This document shows, one piece after another, positions 1 through 13,740 of a DNA stretch of 64,000 nt. The notes beneath the pieces were generated by a model. The model made no database searches. It was not told the DNA's origin and saw only the letters and a list, made by a program, of their open reading frames with translations. The position numbers were made by a program, and so were the translations under genes. This stretch comes from the human T2T-CHM13v2.0 reference genome, Homo sapiens: assembly GCF_009914755.1 (NCBI RefSeq), contig NC_060944.1. One strand, written 5' to 3'. Numbering within the stretch: the stretch's first letter is position 1; each line of letters opens with the position of its first letter.

Positions 1-135
1 TCTGCCACCCTGGTTTGATCCCTCCTGTGGCTCTTTCCATCGCACCTCTTTTCTATTAATCTCCAGAAGGCTCCATACCACCCTCCTTTTGCTTCTTTGC
101 CTAGTTGAGTTGCATTTCCGGGAACTGGGGTCTCT

Positions 136-208
136 GAATGGATGGGTATAGAAAGACATATTGATGGGGGGGAATGGATGGGTATAGAAAGACATATTGA
201 TGGGGGGG
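136..208. repeat. Perfect 36-bp tandem duplication (gaatggatgggtatagaaagacatattgatgggggg x2)
   Basis: Units start at 136 and 172 with no mismatches. Confidence 0.95.
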
Positions 209-797
209 GTGCCCTTTACAACAGTTCCTTTCAGCAACAAATGCCTCATGTTTCTGAGATGGGATTCACACCTGGGGACCCATGTGCCCTTCCACAGTCC
301 GCATGTCACAATCCCTTCTTGTGTGTTAGGCATTCATCCACACTCAGCTTCTTTTATGCATCTCTGTATTTCCTTCAGTGGGAATGACCCATTGAAGGGT
401 CATTGGGTCCTAATGCTAGGCTAATGACCATGCATCCCAGAATGCCTGTTCAGATTTTAGCTTGAAATTTTTAGTTTGTTACAAAGAAAAAGAAATTGGG
501 ATTTGGGAACAACTAAAGCTATCCGATATTAACTACTCTGTCTTAGTATTTTTTAGGCTTACACCTGTTTCTATGGTTTACCCCACGTAATTATCTCTGC
601 AGAACCATGGATTAGGTATTATTATCCTCATTTAAATTAAAGTAACTTTCCCAAGGTAAAAAACAGGTAGACAGGGCAGTTTTGAACTTATACTTTCTGT
701 GAAAACACTCTTACACTATTTTCCCCATGCCAAACATCTCTGAAGAAAGACATTTCTGGATATTTCTGCCAGGAAGTTAGACAAGGAGCTACCCCAG

Positions 798-1297
798 TGT
801 GGTTTGCAGAATAGTGCTCCCGAAGATGTTTACGTCCGAATCCTTGAAATCTGTGGGTTTGTTATGTTACGTGGCAAGGAGGAGTTCAAGTTGCTGATGG
901 AATTCAGGTTGCAAGTTAGCTGACCTTGGAATAGTGAGATGATCCTGGATTATCAGGGTGGGCTCCGTGCAATCACATGGTTCTTGTAAAACAGGGAGGC
1001 AGGAGAGTCAGCCAGAGAAGGTGATGTGCCAACAGAAGCCGAGGTCAGAATGATGTCATTACTGGCTTGAAGATGGAAGAGGCCGTGAGCCAAGGAATGG
1101 GGGGTGCCTCCAGGAGCTGGACAAGGCAAGGCTGCAGATTCTTCCCAAGAGCTTCCAGTAGGAATGCAGTCCTGCTGACACATTAAATTTAGCCCAGCAA
1201 GACTTCTGTAGGATTCTGACTTCCAGAACTGTATGGGGCTGTTGAAAGCCAGTAAGTTTGTGGTAATTTATTACAGCAGCAATAGGAAACGCACGCA
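798..1297 (+). mobile_element. MaLR solo LTR (MLT1D/E-like)
   Basis: Starts tgtggtttgcagaatagtgctccc, contains gatcctggattatc...gggc, and ends ttgtggtaatttattacagcagcaataggaaac, typical of MLT1. Confidence 0.8.
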
Positions 1298-1772
1298 CCC
1301 AGTGTATCGAATATTGGCCATGGTCTAACTCTCTGCAGAGCAGGAACAGGAAGTCCTGGAGTGATTGGCTGTGTGTGCACACCCACCACATGGAAATTTA
1401 CATTAACATGTAACATGTTATCACTTGATTATATATTTATTAGCTCATTTTATTGTTGTCACCCTCCCCTAGCTAGAATGTCAGCTCCCTAAGAGCAGAA
1501 ACTTGGTTTGGTGCATTCATGGCTGTATGCCCAGTGCCTCATGTGGAGGAGAGGCTAAAGTATTTATTGGATGATTAATTTTTTTCCCAGGTGACATTGT
1601 ACCAACTAAATGGAAGCTAACTTTTATCTTGTGGTGGAATACTGTAGATTATATAAGTAATAATAGAAATAGAAGAAATTGAGTTAAAATTATCTACCCT
1701 TGACAATCAAAATATTTATTTTCAGTGTTCAGTGTTTGGTCATATGTGTAAATATTATTCATGTAGGTAGTA

Positions 1773-1940
1773 AATATTTCCATTTAAGGATCAAACATGC
1801 AACATGTGACATTCTATTTATTTTGTGATGATCAGCTCTCTTTATTTTATGAATATTTTTATGAATAAAATAAGAGAGATGGTTATCACAAAATAAATGC
1901 AATGTTGTATGTTGTATTTTTGACTTTTAAATAGAATGTT
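1773..1940. repeat. AT-rich imperfect inverted repeat (hairpin) with an internally repeated motif
   Basis: 1791-1850 is an imperfect reverse complement of 1865-1923 (e.g. atttattttgtgat / atcacaaaataaat). Confidence 0.7.
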
Positions 1941-3707
1941 TCATGTTGCACTTTTGTGACAACATATTTGAAATAAAGGTCACTGAATTTTTTAATAATT
2001 ATCTCAGTCTGGTTGGCATTCTGTTGACTGTATAGGTCATACTTATTTATTGTTGGTTATTTAAAATATTATAGTTTATTTGAGATATTTGAATACTGTT
2101 AACTGAACACCTTTGTGCATGAGTCTGCTGTCAATCATGTTAGCTCTCCAGGCATCACCGTAGTAGTCCAGTAGCCTGCACTAGCTGGGAAAGCCACTGA
2201 CGAGGACTCTGGAGTTAGAGAGCTTTTGCATATTGATAGAGAACTCTGTTGGCTAAGCTATCTGCCTTTAGGCTTGTTGCATGCTTTTATAATTTTTGTC
2301 TAAATCTATTTAGAGGGAATTCTCACCTGGCATCAGGTGTCCTCACCTTGCCTCTTCAACGTCAGCTTGTGCTTCTTCTATGGAAACTCATTCCTCATCA
2401 GAAATGCCCAGAACCTCTATGACAAGTGTAGGCAAAAGCGTAGTATGAACGGGACAATGATGGCAAAGGAGGAGCTACCAATTTGGAAAATGAATCGACT
2501 TGGAAACTGAATCAACCCCCAAGAGCGTTATTAGTATCAGACTAAATTATCTCCTTTAACTGCGTCACATCATGACCTTTACTTTTTAAACAGATATCTT
2601 GTTTTTCTTATCTTCTCTTCTTGACAGTTGCTTCGGTTTTTCTACATACTGACTGTTCCTCTGATAACAAAGCGAGAAGGAAAAACAAAATTTTAACTGT
2701 CAACTGAGTTTCGCAAGAGCGATGAGCAGTCCGGGGTGGGGAGGGTCTCTCCCCAGGCTCCCCGTGGTTGTACAAGCCAGCAGCGTTAACGGAAGTGCAC
2801 ACAGCAGTTCCAAGCCTGGGAGGAGAAGGATGTCCGCTCCAGGCAGTTTAGGATAGTTGTTTTGCCTAAGATGGCAAGAACATCACCCTTGCATCTTGAG
2901 CCAAGGAAACCATACATGGACGCATCTTGTCCTACATGGGAAGGGATACCCCTGCAGGCTTCTGGGGTACCATAAGTGTCCCGTGATGGCTCTTTCACCT
3001 TGGGGTTTGTTTTCCAAACTTTTCTAAGTCATTGGAAAGTAGAGTAGGAAGGAGGGGAGGAGGAAGGGGAGACAAGAAATATACTTGCCTGTGCATGCAC
3101 TTTTCTGATTAATGTTCTGAGTGTCAGCACACAGTGAAGGTTTATTTTAGAAGACACCAGGAATGAAATATTTTATGTTGATATTGTGCAGGACTGATCT
3201 TTATTTTCTGCTATGAAGGACGGTATAACTTCATGATGCTCCTGCATCTTTGTAGTTCCTGTCATGAAATCATTCAGGGGTAGGAGACATGGCTCACAAG
3301 AGTGAAGGGCATTGCCTAGAACAGGAGTGCTGGACAGTGACTCTAGAGACAGGAGTTCTAATCTCACTTCAGCTATTAACTTTCTGCATGTTCTCTTCTG
3401 TTCTCAGTTTCTTTATCTATAGAATGGGAGCATTTATGCTAAATTGTCTTTATATTGGTAACACTAATTTCTCTCTAATTTGATTATTGCTTTTAAGTCT
3501 CTAGCCTCCTGAAAGATGCTACCTTCTAAGGCTAATTTATAGCCAGAGTAATATGGTTTTGCTCTGAGCATGCCCTGAATCATTATTCGTTCTTATTTCA
3601 TGAGAATTACTTTTGTAAATGTTATTTTCTTTTGGTTTCACAGAGCCATTGAGATTGCACAGCTCGGATTTCTTCTGCATGTCATAAATTTTGCTAATAG
3701 TATAAAC

Positions 3708-3905
3708 CCGTGTTTTTCAAAGTGAGAGCCTTGGAACAGCAGCATCAGCATCGCCCAGGTCCCCTGTGAGCTTGTTAGAAATGCAGAGTCATGGGCCCCT
3801 CCCCAACCTGCTGAATGGGAGCCTCTGAGGATGAGACCCAGGAAAGTTTGCTTAACGAAGTTGGCATGTATTGCCTGTGAAAGAGAAGTTTGAGAAGCAC
3901 TGCTG
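3708..3905. mobile_element. MER5-type hAT-Charlie MITE
   Basis: gtttttcaaagtg...cagcagcatcagcatc...cttgttagaaatgcaga...gtttgagaagcactgct. Confidence 0.75.
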
Positions 3906-6009
3906 TGAAACAGGGCAGCCAGGAGGTGCTGTGATTTTGCCCTCTGCACGTGGTCACACACTCAAGCATATGGTTTGCTCCTTGCATGACTGCACTTCAG
4001 ATGAAATGCCAAGATTGAGACCCTTCTATGCTAGTGAAGCACAGGCTACTTTATTGAGAGCCTAGCAATATTGAGAGAGAAAAATGCAGACCTTCTTGGG
4101 GTAGAAAGGAGGATGGGTTTCCTTTCCTTATGAGATGGGATCCAGCTTCCTTACTACTATAGAGTCTCCCATGGATGGTGGCTTTGCTGACTTCAGAGAG
4201 AGCTGCAGGTGCACAGGAGCACCGTGATGTCATTGGTGTGCTCTGAAGAAATGAGGCCATGAGAAGAAGGTGAACAGAAGGTATTTCTAAAGGGTCTGGG
4301 AAGAGGAACAGCACCTATGATAATGGCTATCATTTCTGTTGCACAGTACTGATTATTTTGATGGTTGGCCCTGGGCTTTGATTTCCAGCCCTGTGGTCAC
4401 ACACACTCCTTATAATCATCTGCTCCCAGGAGAAGGTGTCATGAATTCTCTCTTTTCCTCCAGCCTTAGCTGTCACTGGCCTGGAATACGGTGTGACTGT
4501 GTAGAAGCTGTTGGCATTGTTTCTGCATTGTAAACTCACACACACTGAGTTAAATGCTGCTGAGCAGTTAATGTGCCCACTCCGGCTATTTTCTACCCAA
4601 GGATACTTGACTCATTTCTTATATCCTCTACTGTCCTTTAAAGCTCAATAGTGCTCTATCGGGGCCATTTAATTTGGTGGCACAAGGCATGCCCTGCATG
4701 GGATGTCTGCTTTTGTTTGAGTGGGACTGAGACCCTGGCCTGGAGCTGTAGCTGCTTGGAGCAAGAACTGCCTTTTTCAAATGTGCATGAAGGTGCTACC
4801 CACTCATCTTCCCTGCCTATGCCCCTACCTAGTGCAGAAGTAAGGTGAGGTAGGGTGGTGCTGTCGCCAGTTTGTACAAAGGACCAGCTGCGGCTCTGGG
4901 TCCCTGTATGGTGCAAGGAGAAACATTTATTTTCACTCAGGTGCTCTGCCTTAATCTAAAGCAAAACTCATGGACTTACCTCCTACACTAGGGTCCCTTC
5001 CTATTTACACACCTAGGTTGAGTACCTGAGTCTCCTGAATTCCTGTGTCTTCATCAGAGCAGCGTCTGGGAAGCTGGGTCTCTGTACTAGCTCCTTCACA
5101 GCGTCTCTCCCATGGCTCCTCATCTGGACTGTCACCTCATCTCCCCTCAAGTCCAGATCTTGACACCTTGTACTTGCACCTTCTGGCTTCTTACCTGTCT
5201 GGCCCTCTAGACCCCAACCCCTTCCTCCTGACTGTTCCAGCGCATCACATGGACTGAGCTTCCTGCAGTAGCTTTGAGATGCTGGCAGGTGCATCCCCTG
5301 CAGAACATCCATTCATATGTCCCAGTTTCTCCATTACCTACAAGGTGCAACTGAGCCCTGCAGCCTGCACCTGGAGCCTCCAGATTTCTGCTCCAGCCTA
5401 CCTTGAAGATGAAGAGCCAGTCTGTAGTCTTCAAGGTCAAGGTGTCTATGGGTCATAAATGCATTTAACAGCATGAACGCTGGGTGACAAACCCAATAAA
5501 GAAATAGTTTCACTCTTTGAACACTTGTGAAGTGCTCATGTATGAGACAAATTTCAAGGCCTAATTTGACTCCAACGTCCTGACCACTTCTTCTATCTCA
5601 TGGCGAACTTTTCTGTTTTTGAATTTATTCATAATTTAATTTGATATAATTCAACCAACTTTTATTGGGGAGCCATGCTCTGTTGGTAACATATGGGTCT
5701 AAATAGCATATGGGACACAGTCGTTGCTTTGAAGGCACCTAGAGTCAAGTAGGGAGAATGGGCATGTACAGTCAAAAGACTCTCATGCCACCTGTGAGGT
5801 GCCCCTAAAGAGCAGTGTGGGAGTGTGCAAGGGGTGTTGATAGTGAGTGATATGGGTTAATTCCACAAGACAGCTCAGGGGGAAGCCAGCAGTGCCTTCC
5901 TAGAGAAGCTTGGAGTTTCTGTCCCTCCCAGGGGGTTGATAGACCGGCCCATATATCATAGTATGCTTCTATCCTCCACTCTACACTAGTTTTAGAGAAA
6001 AAATAAGCA

Positions 6010-6330
6010 GGCTTGTCATGGTGGCTCATGCCTATAATCCTAGTACTTCGGAAGGCTGGGGTGGGAGGATTGCTTGAGGCCAAGAGCTTGAGACCAGCCT
6101 TGGCAACATAGCAAGACCGCAACTCTGCAAAAAAAATATGCAAAAATTGGCCAGGCATGGTGGTGCATGCCTGTATTCCCAGCCACTGGGGAGGCTGAGG
6201 AGGCAGCATCATTTGAGCCCAGGCGTTTGAGGCTGCAGTAAACTATGATTGCGCCACTTCACTCCAGCCTGGGTGACAAAGTGAGACCCTGTCTCAAAAA
6301 CAAAACAAAACAAACAAAAAACAAACAAAC
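6010..6330 (+). mobile_element. Alu, old (AluJ-like), with (CAAAA)n tail
   Basis: Dimeric Alu with J-type ggaggattgcttgagg and aacatagcaagacc motifs. Confidence 0.92.
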
Positions 6331-7544
6331 TTAACATGAGCACCAAGGGCATATTGAAAGGTCAACAGCTGTGGCAGAAACCCACAGAGAGAGAGGGATG
6401 CAAGTGTGGAGATGGAGTGAGGGAGTGTCCCTTGGGGATGGTGGCTCATGTTTATAAACCTCACTCTATTTTTCGGTAGAGTTTCCCTCTTCTTTTCTGG
6501 GCTGTTATTCTCCAAGGAACTACCTAAGCTCTGGACACTTCCAAGCCTTGCAACGAACTTTAAAATGTGATATTCATTACATTATTTAGCACTTGGCCTG
6601 AAATGATGACAATGAGAAATTATGGCAACACAACAAACATTTGATTAGCTCTGTTTCATTAGGATTCTTCACATTTTGAGTTTAGAGACCCTCTAGGTTT
6701 CGGGAGCTGCAGATGTTCATCCATTTTCCTTTCCTTCTGAAGTTCCTTCTGCCATGGAAAGAGAAGTTGGGAGGAATTTCAGCACCTGGTGCTCCTGGGC
6801 CTGCAGGCGGGGGTCAGTGTCTGGTGTGGATGGCGGGGTCGTGCATCTGGATTTGGTTAGCTGGCTGGCCATCTGCTGTTCCCCTGCCTCAGCTGCCCAT
6901 CTTCACCTGCTTTGCCATCTGTAAGTCATCCTGAGAAGGGATTTCATGAGAATTACCTTCTGAGAAGGCCTGGTGTGCCGTCCCTTTCAAGTCATGGGAA
7001 TCTGTGCTTTGTGGGTTCGGCACCTGTTCCCGTCATGTGCTAGCTCAGCTTGCAGAACATCCACCCAGCTTGCAGAACAGCTTGGGTCCAGTCTCTCTGA
7101 GACAACCAAACACCAGCAGGGCCAGGCTGGAATCTGGGCTCTGAGCTGATCCTTCCCCTGCTCTCCATGCATAGGACCTGTCTCTTCTCCTGCGTCGTCA
7201 TTGAATGGACAACAGCATGAGCATTGACCTGTGGCTGAATTCAGCTGGATTGAGATTCACTCTTGGTGAGAGGGAGATTGAGCAGGAGAGATATGCAGCT
7301 CTCATGAGGGGCTCTTGGTTTGGCCTCCTTCTCATCAAATCCCAGCCTGCTCCCCCTTTTTCCTCGCAGCCTCCACCTCGCCTTCTGATTTAAGCCTGGG
7401 CCTGAGTTTCACGTCTGTCGGTTTTACTTTCAGTCGATTTTACGGGTGCCTGAGCGGCTGTAACATTTTCCTGCTGCCTTTTCTATTTTCAACCCAAATA
7501 GGAAGTGACAAAGATGGTTTTGGTGCAGAGAGAATGTGATTCAT

Positions 7545-8105
7545 TTTGTTACTTTTTTAAAACTTTTTTTAAAGTTCAATATATGTACAGAAAAGGGTAT
7601 CTATCATAAGTGTATATAGCTTGATGAATTTTCACTAACTAGACAGCAGCCGCCAAATTAAGAAACAGAGCAGGATCTGCACCCTTGAAACCTGCACATG
7701 GTCCTTCCGAGTCACCCCCCACAAGAGTGACCACTGTCCCAGCTTCTAACAGCAGAGAGCAGCTCTGCCTGTTCTTGTGCCGTTTGTCATCTGTGTGTCT
7801 GTTTTCTTGCTGAATGTTATGCTTGTGAGATTCATCCGTGTCGTCATGTCTAGTTGTAGGTTATTCATTATTGTTGCCGTTCACAGTTTTATTGTGAGAA
7901 CTGATGGACATTTGTGTGATTTCCACTGTTCATCTATAATGAGCTGTGCAGCTCAGAACATTCTTGTTCATGCCTTTCCGCCATCACTTGCATGTATTTT
8001 GATCTGGTGTATACTCCAGAGTGGAATGGCAGGGTCTGAGGGGATGCTATGTTCGGCTGCAGTAGATCCTAATAAACAGTTTTCCAACATGGAGGTACCT
8101 ATTTA
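7545..8105 (-). mobile_element. Old L1 (L1M-type) 3' fragment
   Basis: aagtgtatatagcttgatgaattttcac, gagattcatccgtgtcgt and aacattcttgttcatgcc are antisense L1M motifs. Confidence 0.7.
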
Positions 8106-8506
8106 AAGTGTAACTTCGATTTTAAAGCAAAGTGGATGCTTGGGTTTGAACTTCACAGTCACATTTATTGGATTGAAAGGGCTCATTGGCAACCCACAGC
8201 CAAGAGACCAAGAGAGAGTCCTAACCATGGGGAGGGAGCAGTTGCCAGTGCCCTGGCATCCTGGTCCCCGCCCTGGTCTGGTGTTGGGTCTCTGCAGCAT
8301 GCAAAGGGGATGGCCAGACAAGACACACCGAAGACACACCTCCTGCCCTCTGGAGGCTGATTGTTTCCACAATGACGACAATGATCATCAGTATTACTAT
8401 TGATCTTTCTCCTCCTCCTGTCCTTCTCTTTCACTTCTCCCCTCCACTTCACCCAAAAAAAGGAGTTTTATTCCCATCCCTCACCCAGCACACACATGGG
8501 CGCATG

Positions 8507-8529
8507 CACACACACACACACACACACAC
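8507..8529. repeat. (CA)11 microsatellite
   Basis: Read directly from sequence. Confidence 0.95.
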
Positions 8530-11500
8530 CTGCCAAATTCGTGGGAGGACCCACTCCTAAGGTTGGGATGCAGTTGGGAATCACAGTGTGGGGAAAAGTG
8601 TTAGTTACACTGGAGGAAGTGTGATGCAATCACTGGAGCTCTTTGAGAAAAGCTTATTTTAAAAAAAAAAAAAAAAAACAACACAGAGTAAGAATGAGTC
8701 TTTCCAAAATTACTGTGTCTTGGGCCAGGCCTGGAGACAGCCCTATCCCTCTCTTATGCTCCTTGTGCAGTGTTTGAGATGCCTAAGCCCGTATGAAGCA
8801 CAACAGGAGAAGCAGCCCCAGTACCCTCAGATAAAAGCAACAGGTGATGCGTTTTCTAAATAGTGCATTGCCTTTCTAGTGCCACCTCCTGCAACTGGGG
8901 ATCCCACTGCCAGCAGCCTCTCCAGGCACCCCCAAGGCTGTCTCCCACAGGTGGGCTAGGAGATGGGGAACAGGGCTCGCTGCTCACCTGAGGACCTGCA
9001 CGGGCAACTGGAAGGGGCCAGCTGAACACAAGAGGCACTGGGTGCTGTTGGAGAAGAGGGTGCTTCTTCGGGACATTTGTTAGCCCATCAGAGGATGGTG
9101 ACCCCAGGGTGGCTGACCCTTTCTTCCTCCATTCACTTCAGCTGGGTGTGGCAGAGGAGCTTGGACACGCATCAATTGCATGTCTGCAGGGCCAGAGAGG
9201 TGTGTCATATTAGCAGGTAACCAATTTGATCCACACCACCCTGTCACATTGTTTTCACCCCAAGGGTCCTGGCTCCCAGCCTGAGGGATCTCAAAGGTCC
9301 CCCTCGATGGCTTTGCCTTTGAGAAGTAGGGGGAGTGGAGGCATGGGTGAGGAAACTGCCTGGACACAACCCAGGGGCCCTGTGGGCAGCCTTGGCACTA
9401 GTCCAGGGCTGGGAAGCTGCCCCCTCAGTTCTATGGCCCTCGTTGGACTGTATGGGACCCCATGGTCTGTGGAGTGGGAGAAGCACAATCTGCGGTTGTC
9501 CTGAGTCTTTTCTGTCTTCCTGCAGGCTGCCCAACCCCAAGGGCCTAACAGAGATGATCAGTTTAACCAGGTAGAACATGGTGGTTTTGATACCTCCTTC
9601 TGTTAGTTTCTTCCAAATGGCCAATGTCTTGGAAAATTCTGTTGACCAGTAAAGCTTTATTAATAAAGCATTCATTTTTTCGTTTTCCCACTGAAAATCA
9701 TCATAGACCCACATGACTGCCAGTGGGGCTTCAGGTCACACTGCAACAACTGCTGTGACTACTAGAGTTTATCTAACTGTGTCTGAAACTAGAGGCTCGT
9801 GATGTTCTTGTGAGCCATTGCAGCCTCAATGGTGTACATCTGAGGTTCCTGTTGCTTTGAAATAACATGCAGACCCTCAATACCACACTGTCCTACTTCT
9901 AGAAGGAGAAGTAGCTCTGAATTGTGAGTTTGCATTGTAAAAGCAGTTTTCTCCTTCCAGGAGTTTCCAAATTCTAAGTGACAGGGAACTCCAGGGATAG
10001 TAAAACTCTCTTCAGAGTGGACAAAACTCTGTATGTGCAGACAGGCTCAGGAAGCCAGGGAAGCCAGAGGAGGTGCTGCTGCAGTAACTCATCTCTCTTG
10101 TGAAGGTGGAAATGAAAAAGGAATCTCAGACCTCCTTCTGTGGGTCACCCACTGTCTCTGGTTAGTGAGCCTGATTTGTGGGCAGGTGAGTAATTGAGGG
10201 AGGGAAGGAGGATAGGCTGGGGATGAAGGTTGGGTTGGGATGTTGTCTCTGCTTGGGTTTGGCTGATCCCACAGGGTGCTCTGGAGCACAACAACATCAC
10301 ACAGTTGATCTTATCTTGGGTCAATGGGACCACTTTTTGTAGACCCAGTCAGCCACTCACTAGCCCCTGGCTGCCCCTCGCATGGGGCAGGGGAAATGTG
10401 TGACTCCTAAGCAAGGCAGCTTCTCTGGACATGGGGGAAGCTGAGAGCCAGGAGCAGCCAGAGCTCACAGCAGCAGGGTGCATGGCCGGCAAGGGTATCT
10501 GCAGGCATTGGCAGCAAGTGCCACGCCTCCCACTTGTGAACCTGGCTGGCCACGGGCTACCACCTCTCTCAGCCTGTCCCGGTGAAGAGGGTTGGTCTAG
10601 ATTTAGATCCTACTGTTTGAATAAGTCTCTGCAGCCCTGCAGGGATCTTGCAGTAGATTGAGGGAAAGCAAACCAACCATGTCCAAAAAGACCATGCCAG
10701 TGGGCAAAGTGGAGCAGCGGAGATGTGGCTGTTAGGGTAGGACACGGACGGGGTTATCCAGAGGTGTGGGGAGGTGTGCCTGTCTCAGACCTGTCCAAGA
10801 TTCTTTCTGGATGGCATTTCTGCTCAGCCATGTGTTCCTGCTTCGTCCATGTGCTTTGAGGCCCCAGGGTTTGTGCACACAATACTCGGGGCTTGGGAGT
10901 GCCCCATGTAGCTCAGAGCTGTCCACCCCTCACTCCCCAGGCATCTCCTCTCAGGCCGGGGATGCTTTTCTCAGGATGGCCTGGCCGTTTTCAGGCCACT
11001 CGGTTTCTCCATTTCTCCATTCTTGCGGTGGGCCTATTGATTAGGAGAATCTCACCCAGTCTCGCTTTGGCCGGGGTAGCTCTGCCAGGTCTGAATTCTT
11101 TTCAAAAATTGAAAAGTACTTGTAAGTAGATTAACCGTGCATGCCCGGGGCGTTTCCCAAAGCCAGCATTGACAAGTAGATAAGAATGATTTATAACTAG
11201 CACTTCAGTCTGCGTCAGTGGTGCTTGTGGACAGATAACGGTGTCTTCGGCTCGATTTCTTCTTGGCTGAGTTGGAGATGCTCCTTCCAGGCTGGTGGCT
11301 CTGAATTCAAGAACTCTGGCACACTCAGCTCTCATTGAGGGCAATCGTGATGAATAGTGAATCAGCTTCCCCTGACAATGGGGGTCATTTTACTGCAAAA
11401 TGGCTGCCCTTTGTGTCTCTGGGAAAAGGGTGCTGAGAAATGAATGTCGAGGGCTGTAGAAATGCTGAATAATAAGTGAACTTGATCACATCGGGCAGCG

Positions 11501-13169
11501 AGTCTGAATGCCTCCCTTTGATTTGACCCAGTTATACCTTCAAGGTCCCAGGACTGGTGCTTTGGAAAAAGTGACTGGCTCCAGCACATCTCTGTGTACC
11601 TCAATGCTATCAGATCTCCATCATGGACTCTCATCTCAATAGAATGTTAAGTTTTGAGAATAATAACTCAAAGAATTTCCTGGAAAAGGCAGAGGAGGTG
11701 AGGGGTGGGATTGTGAATGGGCATACTGGAGACCCAGCTCCAAGAGGAAGATTAATTTAGAACTCAGAGGGAGGGGCCTTGGCTTAAGCTGGAGCCAGGC
11801 TGCATGGGCCCTGATGGGAATAAATAGAAGCCCCAGGTTTTGTAGGTGTTTCACCTCATTCCTTTATTCATTAAGTCAATGGGCAGGTGTGGGATTAGGT
11901 CAGTTTTGCTCGTATTGCATTTGAGATGTCCCATATAGATTGAGGTTTGGGCGATAGAGGTTTGGGTTGTGGGAGGAAGCAATTCTTTACTCTTTTCCCA
12001 AGACTGTACTGAAAGCAGCTGGGATTGCATCTGATGTTTTCCACACGTGGCTGTAATCTGAAAGTACAGGGCAGTTGTCGGTCGTCTCTAAATTCACGGG
12101 GCAAGTTTGCATCCCTAGTTAAGTAATAATTTAAAGAAATGGTTAATCATGACCTTCCTACAGATATAAAATAAACATGTGTTGAAGATTTTCTTTAACT
12201 CATTATGAATGAGGAAACTGGTAAGATGTTATAGACATTTCAAAGGAGAATCCAAAGAACGGACACAAATATAGATCAGGAGTATTGAAATGAATGTGCA
12301 AATGGAGGCAAAATTGGTTTCTTTCATAGTAGGGGAGAGAAGTCGATTGAACCTACTAGACAAAATTTGCATGTATAGATAATTATTTTGCATCACTGTC
12401 AATTTACAGAGTTGTAAAAGAGCTCAAATGCAATGAAAAGTAAGAATAATCTGGAAAGGTGTGCTGTAAACAATGCATAATTTCCTGTTGAACCACATTT
12501 TTTTTCCTTTTCTCTTCTTAGTAAAGTTCAATATTTTTATCATTAAACTTGTTCAGAAAGTGTCTGTCTCTTTAAAATATGTAAGCAATAATAAAAGTTT
12601 CTTTTTTATTTGAGATGTTTTATGTCTGTTTTTATGATATTAAATTTTAGATAGGGCTTTTACTCTCCAAATAACTCTAAGAGTTAATGAAATTATCCCA
12701 GGTGATTTCCTGAGACATATGTTAATGAGTAGAAAGTATGATTTATAAGATTGATGTATATTATTTGTAAGATACTGGGGATATGAATAACATTGGAATA
12801 ATGAGTCTGTGACCAGAATAAAATAGCTCAAACAACACAGAAGTTTCCAAAGCACAACTGTTACGGGGTGGGCTACAGGAGGTGAGGGAATAAGACACAT
12901 TCAGAAACATCTAGATAATTCCAGAACATAACTTCCCCAAAATAACTGCGAATTTCTTCATGCGTTATTTTTGAATCTCTGAGAACTTCTAGAGTGATTT
13001 AATGGAAGTTAACATTTTTCCTAGTTCAGAAGGACCCCACAGGGTAGATGCCTCTATCTTGTCTGTCTTTCTAAAGTTTATCCTGAGAAGATGTACAGGA
13101 GAACATGGGTAGGTAATTCATGGCAGAATTGAACTTGCAAAGCTTCTTCTGGTGTAATGTGGAAATAGT

Positions 13170-13740
13170 TCTTCTTGACCTTTCTGCAGTCTTTGACATT
13201 GTGGACTCAGCTCTCCTGTTGGAAACCTATCCCTCATTTCCTTAACCCTCTTACAGTCCCTGTTTCTCATCTGCTAGGGCTGCTTCCTGTGTCTTTCTCT
13301 GGCCCCTTCTTCTTTCCTCCCCTTGGTTCTGAGGACGCAGCCCCAGGCACCACGCTCCTCTCTCCCCAGAGCCTTCCCCAAGAACTGAATCCCCATGTGG
13401 AAAATCAGCCACCCACCTTGATTCAGATGACTATGATCTTCATTCATCTCCTGAGCATGATTCCAGTATTCCCCACGACCACTGGAGGTTTCCACCTGAA
13501 TGTTCTTACACTCGTTACTCAGAGTGGCTGAAATGTAGATAATCAAATATCTTCCAGTGAAATATAGCTCCCTTTTAAACGTATTCTGTCATCCAATTGT
13601 TTGACAATTACCAAGCATTGTCAATTCTTTTTTCTCAATCTCTCTCCTATCTGACCTTTCCTCTCATTCCATTGTCAAGCCATAATCCAGGCCTTTATCC
13701 CTTCATCAAGGGGTCATCCTAATAGCTTCTGCATTCATCT
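13170..13740 (+). mobile_element. L2 fragment
   Basis: cttcttgacctttctgcagtctttgacattgtggac resembles the L2 ORF2 'LDLSAAFDTVD' region, with downstream L2-like sequence. Confidence 0.65.

Noticed and set aside
6778-6800. ttcagcacc resembling a REST/RE1 site
   Set aside because: Only the left half-site is present; there is no GGACAG half.
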